Shown here one piece after another: positions 58,355 to 64,000 of a stretch of 64,000 bases of DNA (position 1 is the stretch's first letter; the number at the start of each line of letters is the position of its first letter). The translations under genes were made by a program, and so were the position numbers. The notes beneath the pieces are model-generated. The model was given only the letters and a program-made list of their open reading frames with translations, was not told the origin of the DNA and did no database searches. Location: NCBI GenBank assembly GCA_964572875.1, contig CAZNGE010000001.1, forward strand, positions 24,834 through 88,833, in the 5' to 3' direction. This DNA is from an uncultured Methanosarcinales archaeon. GTDB taxonomy: Archaea; Nanobdellota; Nanobdellia; Woesearchaeales; UBA11576.

Positions 58355-60241
58355 TTATCTTCTCTCCTCTATCTCCGCAGCTATCTCGTCGAGGAAATCG
58401 TCAGGGCTCTTCTCTCCGTGCACGACATTGTCCCTTGTCCTGATATTGACCGTGCCGTTCTCCTGCTCCTTGTCCCCGACGACGAGTATGTAGTTGACCT
58501 GCTGCATCTGCGCCTCCCTGACCTTCTTGGGTATGGACTCTGCCCTGTCATCGAGCTCGACGCGTATTCCTGCGTCAAAGAGCTTCTGCTTCAGTTTCCC
58601 CGCGTATTCATCGTGCCTGTCCGCGACAGTTAATACCCTGACCTGCACCGGGCTGAGCCAGAGGGGGAACCTGCCTGCATAATGCTCCACGAGCACTCCG
58701 AGAAACCGTTCCATCGACCCGTATATCACCCTGTGTATCATGACCGGCCGGTGCTTCTTGCCGTCCTCGCCTTCATATGTCAGGTCGAAACGTTCCGGCA
58801 TGTTCATGTCCAGCTGTATGGTGCCGCACTGCCAGGTCCTTCCTATCGCGTCCTTGATGTGCAGGTCTATCTTCGGACCGTAGAACGCACCGTCCCCTTC
58901 GTTTATCTTGTACTCTTCTCCTTTCTCGTCGAGCGCTCCCTTGAGGCCCTGGGTCGCCTTCTCCCATTGCTCGTCTGTGCCCATGGACTTTTCAGGTCTT
59001 GTCGAGAGCTCGAGATGGTACTGGAGCCCGAACTGCGTATAGAATCTTTCGCAAAGGTTGAGGACGCCCAGCACTTCAGAGGTTATCTGCTCCTCTGTCA
59101 TGTATATGTGCGCGTCATCCTGGTGGAAGCATCGCACCCTGAACAGTCCTGAGAGCACCCCGCTCAGCTCGTGCCTGTGGACGAGCCCTATCTCGCCGAC
59201 CCGAAGGGGCAGCTCCCTGTAGGAATGTATCTTCTCGTTGTACATGAGCATACCGCCCGGGCAGTTCATGGGCTTTATCGCGTACTCTATCTCGTCGATG
59301 ATCGTAGTGTACATGTTCTCGCGGTAGTTGTCCCAGTGCCCGCTCTGCTCCCAGAGGGACCGGTTCATCATTATGGGAGTCTTCACCTCGACATATCCTG
59401 CCTTGCGGTGCTCTTCCCTCCAGAAACGTATGAGCTCGTTCCATATCACCATGCCTTTCGGGGAGAAATATGGCATGCCTGGTGCTTCCTCATGGAAGCT
59501 GTAGAGTTCGAGCTTCTTGCCGATCTTTCTGTGGTCCCTCTTCTCTGCCTCTTCCCGCATCTTGATGTATGCCTTGAGCTCATCTTTTGTCGGGAAGCTG
59601 ATGCCGTATATCCTCTGCAACTGCTTGTTCTTCGCATCTGCTCTCCAGTACGCCCCTGCTATCTTCGTGAGCTTGAATGCCTTTATCATGCCTGAGTGCG
59701 CCACGTGCGGCCCCCTGCACAGGTCGACGAACTTGCCCTGCCTGTAGATGGATATCTTCCCTTCCTCGAGGTCCTTTATCATCTCCACCTTGTACTCGTT
59801 GTCCTTGAAAAGCTCGAGCGCGTCCTTCTTGGATATCATCTCCCTGACGAGCGGGACCTTCTGCTTCATGATCTCGTACATCTTCTTCTCTATCTTCTTC
59901 AGGTCCTCTGGCTTGAAAGGCTCATGGTCTATGTCGTAATAGAACCCCTCTTCGACTACAGGGCCGATAGTGAGCTTGGCGTAAGGGTAGAGCTCTGTTA
60001 TAGCGTGCGCCATGAGGTGAGCCGTGCTGTGCCTGAAGACCTCCATGCCTTCAGGGTCTGCAGGCGTAAGTATCCGGACATCTGAATCAGAATCGACTTT
60101 GACACAAAGGTCCACGACCTCGCCGTTGAGTTTCATCGCGACTGCCTTGTCGGCAAGACCGAGATCCTCTGCAATCGCCGTTCCAGTGACTGCTGTTTTA
60201 TACTCCTTAGAATTCCCGTCAGGAAACTTGACTTTCACCAT
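58355..60241 (-). CDS. thrS: Threonyl-tRNA synthetase, bacterial/eukaryote type with TGS and editing domains
   Basis: FPDG, RHSTAHL, DLCRGPHV, RDHRKIGK, KPMNCPG, GAFYGPKID, HRVIYGSMERF. Confidence 0.97.
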   Translation of the reverse strand: MVKVKFPDGNSKEYKTAVTGTAIAEDLGLADKAVAMKLNGEVVDLCVKVDSDSDVRILTPADPEGMEVFRHSTAHLMAHAITELYPYAKLTIGPVVEEGFYYDIDHEPFKPEDLKKIEKKMYEIMKQKVPLVREMISKKDALELFKDNEYKVEMIKDLEEGKISIYRQGKFVDLCRGPHVAHSGMIKAFKLTKIAGAYWRADAKNKQLQRIYGISFPTKDELKAYIKMREEAEKRDHRKIGKKLELYSFHEEAPGMPYFSPKGMVIWNELIRFWREEHRKAGYVEVKTPIMMNRSLWEQSGHWDNYRENMYTTIIDEIEYAIKPMNCPGGMLMYNEKIHSYRELPLRVGEIGLVHRHELSGVLSGLFRVRCFHQDDAHIYMTEEQITSEVLGVLNLCERFYTQFGLQYHLELSTRPEKSMGTDEQWEKATQGLKGALDEKGEEYKINEGDGAFYGPKIDLHIKDAIGRTWQCGTIQLDMNMPERFDLTYEGEDGKKHRPVMIHRVIYGSMERFLGVLVEHYAGRFPLWLSPVQVRVLTVADRHDEYAGKLKQKLFDAGIRVELDDRAESIPKKVREAQMQQVNYILVVGDKEQENGTVNIRTRDNVVHGEKSPDDFLDEIAAEIEERR

Positions 60242-60326
60242 TTTCAACCTCCGGATCAGCCCTACAACAGCTAATCCTGCACATGACATCAGAGAAAAAG
60301 CGTTCATTATTAAATGTTGTGCTTAA

Positions 60327-61271
60327 TCAGAGCATCTTTGACTTCCTGAAATAGTAATAGACGAGCAGTATCGATGCTATCATCAGCGCAAGCGAGAAAG
60401 GATATCCCCATTTCCAGGGTATCTCAGGCATGAACCTGAAGTTCATGCCGTATATGCTCGCTATGAGCGTGGGTATCAGCACATATGACGCGACCACTGT
60501 AAGCTTCTTTATGACCTGGTTCATCTGGTTGGACATGGATGATGTGTATATCTCGAGTATGACTGTGAGTACGTTGCGGAGAGTGTCGGCAGTGTCCATC
60601 AGCTGGAGCACGTCTTCCCTCATGTCCCTGAACCCGTCAATGTCTTTTTTATCCAGCCTGCTGAGCTGATGCTTCTCGATGGATGATATCACCTCCCTGT
60701 TGGCGACAAGGGTCTTATGGAAGATGAGCATTGCCTTGCGTATCTTGAAAGTCTCATGTATTGCCTTCTTCTGCGGGTTCTCGAACACAGTGGACTCTAT
60801 CTTGTCTGCTGATTCCTGGAACAGCTCAAGGTGCTCGAAGTAAGTGTCTATTATCCTGGCAAGCATGAACTGGACCATCTTTGTCGAGGAGTCTATGTGC
60901 TTAGGGTTCTTTGCCAGCACATCTTCCTTGAACTTGGTCATGCCCTCTATCTCTTCGGTCCTGATGGTGACTAAGTTCTGGTTATTGCACAGGAATATCG
61001 CCAGGGATGTCCCTTCTCCCACACCCTTGTTCAACACAGGCGCTCCGAAGACTATCAGGGAGTACTTCTCCTCCTCTGATGTCGTGGGCCGCTCATAATC
61101 GACTACACGGTCCTGGAACTCGGGGACAGGCACGTGCGTCAGCTTGGATATCTCTTCAAGCTCCTGCTTTGTAGGGTTTAGGCAGTCTACCCAGACGGTC
61201 TTCTTGGACCTCAATGACTCTATATTCCCTTTCACGACAGTGCCTTGTGGACGCCAATATACCGTTATCAT
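60327..61271 (-). CDS. corA: CorA family Mg2+/Co2+ transporter
   Basis: YGMNF signature, MPEIPWKWGY, two C-terminal TMs. Confidence 0.94.
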   Translation of the reverse strand: MITVYWRPQGTVVKGNIESLRSKKTVWVDCLNPTKQELEEISKLTHVPVPEFQDRVVDYERPTTSEEEKYSLIVFGAPVLNKGVGEGTSLAIFLCNNQNLVTIRTEEIEGMTKFKEDVLAKNPKHIDSSTKMVQFMLARIIDTYFEHLELFQESADKIESTVFENPQKKAIHETFKIRKAMLIFHKTLVANREVISSIEKHQLSRLDKKDIDGFRDMREDVLQLMDTADTLRNVLTVILEIYTSSMSNQMNQVIKKLTVVASYVLIPTLIASIYGMNFRFMPEIPWKWGYPFSLALMIASILLVYYYFRKSKML

Positions 61272-61373
61272 GATTATAAAGCCCCTTACAGCGTATATAA
61301 ACTTTTGTCCCTACTCTCGAGGGGAACAAAACAATAAGGTTTATATATTGAGGAAATAGGATTATTCTTCACT

Positions 61374-62456
61374 ATGGGCGACTTTTTCAGGCTGAAACGC
61401 ATAGACTTGCAGTTGCAGAAGGTTATCAATCCGGTCAGCTTCTTTGACGTAAATCCTGTCAATATAGACCAGGAGAAAGAGCTGGTGCTGAAAGACCCGG
61501 ACTACAATCCTTATTTCATCTACCCGGAGGTCGAGTTCGACTTCGATGATGTCCAGCAGAGCCTGCACTCGATAGATGAGGACGACTCGCCCATGGGCGA
61601 GCTTCTCAATGAGAAGAGAAACCTGTTCATCGACAAGTGCGAGATGCTCAGCACAAGGGGGTCGAAGAAGTTCACGGTCTTCGCCAAGAAGGTGTACGGC
61701 CTTCCCGCAAAAGACGTCCTTGACAGGGCGGTCAGTTTCTTCTCACTCGAGTCTGAGAGAGAGCCCAAGACCATTTCATCACGCCAGGCCGCGGGCATGC
61801 TCCAGGCAGAGATAAACCATTACGGCTTCAATTACGAGGTGAGCGAGAGGGTGATGAGCTCAAGCGCTATGGTGCTTGTGTCCAGGAGGAAGATATTCGT
61901 GAGGAAAGGTTTCACCTTCTCTGACAACTTCGTGAAGAGGCTCATAATGCATGAGATCGGCACGCACGTGCTGCGCGCAGAGAACGGGAGGGAGCAGCCG
62001 TTCATGATATTCTTCCACGGCTTCCCGAAATACCTGAAGACAGAAGAGGGTCTTGCAGTCGTGAATGAAGAACGCTTCGGACTCCTGAACAACGAGAACC
62101 TGAAGAACTACGCGGCGCGGGCGATAGCTGTGCAGATGGCCATGACCAAGAGCTTCTCTCACATATTCAGGTACCTGCTGGAATTTTTTCCGCCTAACAC
62201 CGCGTTCAAGCTTGCGCTCAGGGCAAAGCGGGGCATCGCAGACACATCTAAGCCAGGCGGCTGCCCAAAGGACTACGTGTACATCGACGGCTACCTGAAA
62301 GTGAAGGAATACCTGAATAATGGCGGCTCCATAAAGGACCTGTATTACGGCAAGGTGGACATCGAGCACCTGCACATGCTGGAAGAGATACCCGGGATAA
62401 ACCCGCCGAAATATATCCCGAAAAACCAAACCTTTAAAAGTCTATTGAGCTTCTGA
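61374..62456 (+). CDS. DUF1704 / MATCAP-like gluzincin metallo-carboxypeptidase
   Basis: HEIGTH, TEEGLA, RAKRG, KDYVYIDG, LYYGKV. Confidence 0.82.
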   Translation: MGDFFRLKRIDLQLQKVINPVSFFDVNPVNIDQEKELVLKDPDYNPYFIYPEVEFDFDDVQQSLHSIDEDDSPMGELLNEKRNLFIDKCEMLSTRGSKKFTVFAKKVYGLPAKDVLDRAVSFFSLESEREPKTISSRQAAGMLQAEINHYGFNYEVSERVMSSSAMVLVSRRKIFVRKGFTFSDNFVKRLIMHEIGTHVLRAENGREQPFMIFFHGFPKYLKTEEGLAVVNEERFGLLNNENLKNYAARAIAVQMAMTKSFSHIFRYLLEFFPPNTAFKLALRAKRGIADTSKPGGCPKDYVYIDGYLKVKEYLNNGGSIKDLYYGKVDIEHLHMLEEIPGINPPKYIPKNQTFKSLLSF

Positions 62457-62462
62457 ACCGTC

Positions 62463-62801
62463 ATGAAACTGGTCATTCTCGTAAGGCAGGATCTTAAGCT
62501 TCCCAAGGGAAAGCTTGCCGCGCAGGCAGCCCACGCAGCTGTCGAAGTCACACTGAAATCCAGCAGGATCAAGGTCGCTAAGTGGAGGTCTGAAGGCCAG
62601 AAGAAAGTGGTCCTTAAGGTGAAGGATGAGAAAGAGCTTATCAGGTTCATGCAGCAGGCAAAAGATGCTGGTCTCAAGACAGCGCTGATAACTGACGCAG
62701 GCAGGACATGCATCGCTCCAGGCACGAGGACATGCCTTGGCATCGGGCCAGACTCAGATGAGAATATTGACAATCTCACAGGAGAATTGCCTATGATATA
62801 G
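62463..62801 (+). CDS. pth2: Peptidyl-tRNA hydrolase Pth2
   Basis: KLVILVRQDL, GKLAAQAAHA, GQKKVVLK, DAGRT, TCLGIGP. Confidence 0.96.
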   Translation: MKLVILVRQDLKLPKGKLAAQAAHAAVEVTLKSSRIKVAKWRSEGQKKVVLKVKDEKELIRFMQQAKDAGLKTALITDAGRTCIAPGTRTCLGIGPDSDENIDNLTGELPMI

Positions 62802-62828
62802 TAAGAGTAGGACATAAGGTTGCATATC

Positions 62829-63050
62829 ATGGCCATAAAAAAGAAAAGATCGGTTGACAACCTCAAGAGGCAGGACAAGGAGCTGGCAAAGCTCCCTGTG
62901 TTGGAGAAAGAGGAAAAAGTGTTCAGGAAGAAAGAGTCTCTGCTCAGCAGGCTTCTGGTCAGGAAAAGGGTTGTGGTGAAGAAGCCGAAGATACCCAAGG
63001 AACTGAAACTGAAAAGAACCAAGAGCACAACCAAGAGAAAGAAGAGGTAA
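62829..63050 (+). CDS. Small highly basic hypothetical protein
   Basis: 73-aa K/R-rich ORF in tandem with pth2. Confidence 0.6.
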   Translation: MAIKKKRSVDNLKRQDKELAKLPVLEKEEKVFRKKESLLSRLLVRKRVVVKKPKIPKELKLKRTKSTTKRKKR

Positions 63051-63052
63051 AA

Positions 63053-63199
63053 GTGAGTAAGTGGAAGGATTTTTTCAGATGGTATCTCCACATCGACTTG
63101 AAGGACATCACTAACTACATCGCCCTCATATTGGCGGTACTGCTTCTATGGTGGGGAATCAAGACCATCATCTCTTCGATTGCCGCGACTGCGCCGTAA
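63053..63199 (+). CDS. Small membrane protein (48 aa, one TM)
   Basis: GTG start right after previous stop with GAGGT SD; MSKWKDFFRWYLHIDLKDITNYIALILAVLLLWWGIKTIISSIAATAP. Confidence 0.55.
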   Translation: MSKWKDFFRWYLHIDLKDITNYIALILAVLLLWWGIKTIISSIAATAP

Positions 63200-63313
63200 A
63201 CATAAAGTGCAAACAAACGCTAGTTCTTTAAAAACCACATCCGAAACATTTAAAAGAAGCCTCTGGAATGGGTAATGAATCTCATCATGGTCTTATATAC
63301 GGAGGGGTGTAAG

Positions 63314-64000
63314 ATGGAAGAAGATGATAAAAAAGAGCATCATGAACATCATTCTCATGCTGCAGGCCACAAGAGGCACCAGCATAAGAAGCCGAAGAAG
63401 AAGGGCCTGAACGGCTACATCATTGGCGGCCTTATCGCTGTTATCATAATCGCCCTGCTGGTGAGGAGCTTCTACAAGCCTGCTGTCAGTGTGGACAATC
63501 CCGGCAAATACGGCTCAGTGGACGTGACATTCTATGTCATGAGCCAATGCCCTTACGGCACGCAGGTCGAGAATGTTTTCGCTCCAGTCATTGATGAGCT
63601 TGGAGACAACATAAACTTCAGGCTGGAGTTCATCGCATCAGGGGTTCCCGGAGCATTCAACAGCCTTCACGGCCCAGCCGAGGTCGAGGGCGACAAGATC
63701 CAGCTTTGCGTACAGGAGCATTATCCTGATGGCCTCATAGGTTTTGTCACATGTCAGAACAAGAATCCCAGTGACCTTAAAGGTTCTGTAGAGAGCTGTG
63801 CAGGGAAGTCAGGAATGGACGCCCAGAAGATCCTCGACTGCGCTGACGGAGAAGAAGGCGATCAGCTGCTCGCTGAATCCATCGCCAAGAGCCAGGCTGT
63901 CGGAGCGAGCGGAAGCCCGACAATGTATTTCGGTGACAGCCTCTACTCGGGCGCAAGGGACGCCACCTCGTTCAAGAGAGAGGTGTGCAAGAGCCTTGAC
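63314..64000 (+). CDS. Membrane-anchored thioredoxin-fold (GILT/DsbA-like) protein with His-rich N-terminus (truncated by window end)
   Basis: MEEDDKKEHHEHHSHAAGHKRHQHKK, TM, FYVMSQCPYG, SLHGPAE, GSPT; GGAGG SD. Confidence 0.8.
   Translation, partial: MEEDDKKEHHEHHSHAAGHKRHQHKKPKKKGLNGYIIGGLIAVIIIALLVRSFYKPAVSVDNPGKYGSVDVTFYVMSQCPYGTQVENVFAPVIDELGDNINFRLEFIASGVPGAFNSLHGPAEVEGDKIQLCVQEHYPDGLIGFVTCQNKNPSDLKGSVESCAGKSGMDAQKILDCADGEEGDQLLAESIAKSQAVGASGSPTMYFGDSLYSGARDATSFKREVCKSLD

Overview
Gene-dense archaeal sequence. Archaeal markers include aCPSF1/FttA, proteasome beta, aRF1, aIF5A, Rpo12, L37ae, L40e, Pcc1, prefoldin, SRP54, TATA boxes and a BHB-intron tRNA. The mix of archaeal information genes with bacterial-type metabolic genes suggests a DPANN archaeon such as a Woesearchaeote (inference). 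Layout: (1) ~1-32 kb is one carbohydrate/energy supercluster. It holds a GT3 glycogen synthase end, a glycolytic operon (gap-pgk-pfkB-fba-tpi-pgi), a group 3b-type [NiFe]-hydrogenase operon (hypA + beta-gamma-delta-alpha), ppsA, a reduced maturation cassette, a second delta-alpha pair, and a glycogen/alpha-glucan operon with two DUF5752-like proteins and a MinD. (2) ~30.3-35.6 kb is a small block of mostly orphan genes. (3) 35.6-64 kb is archaeal housekeeping genes. Most notable: four dispersed intergenic fold-back elements that share a terminal stem but have different interiors, one matching a tRNA-Pro intron at 18/22 nt; a tRNA-Pro with two non-canonical BHB introns; a His-less HypC next to an orphan carrying an internal HypC-like domain; a hydrogenase small subunit with a ~150-aa histone-H1-like tail; and a DUF5752/MinD module inside the glycogen operon. 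No CRISPR array, rRNA or transposase was seen. All family assignments come from motif recognition by eye, not database searches.
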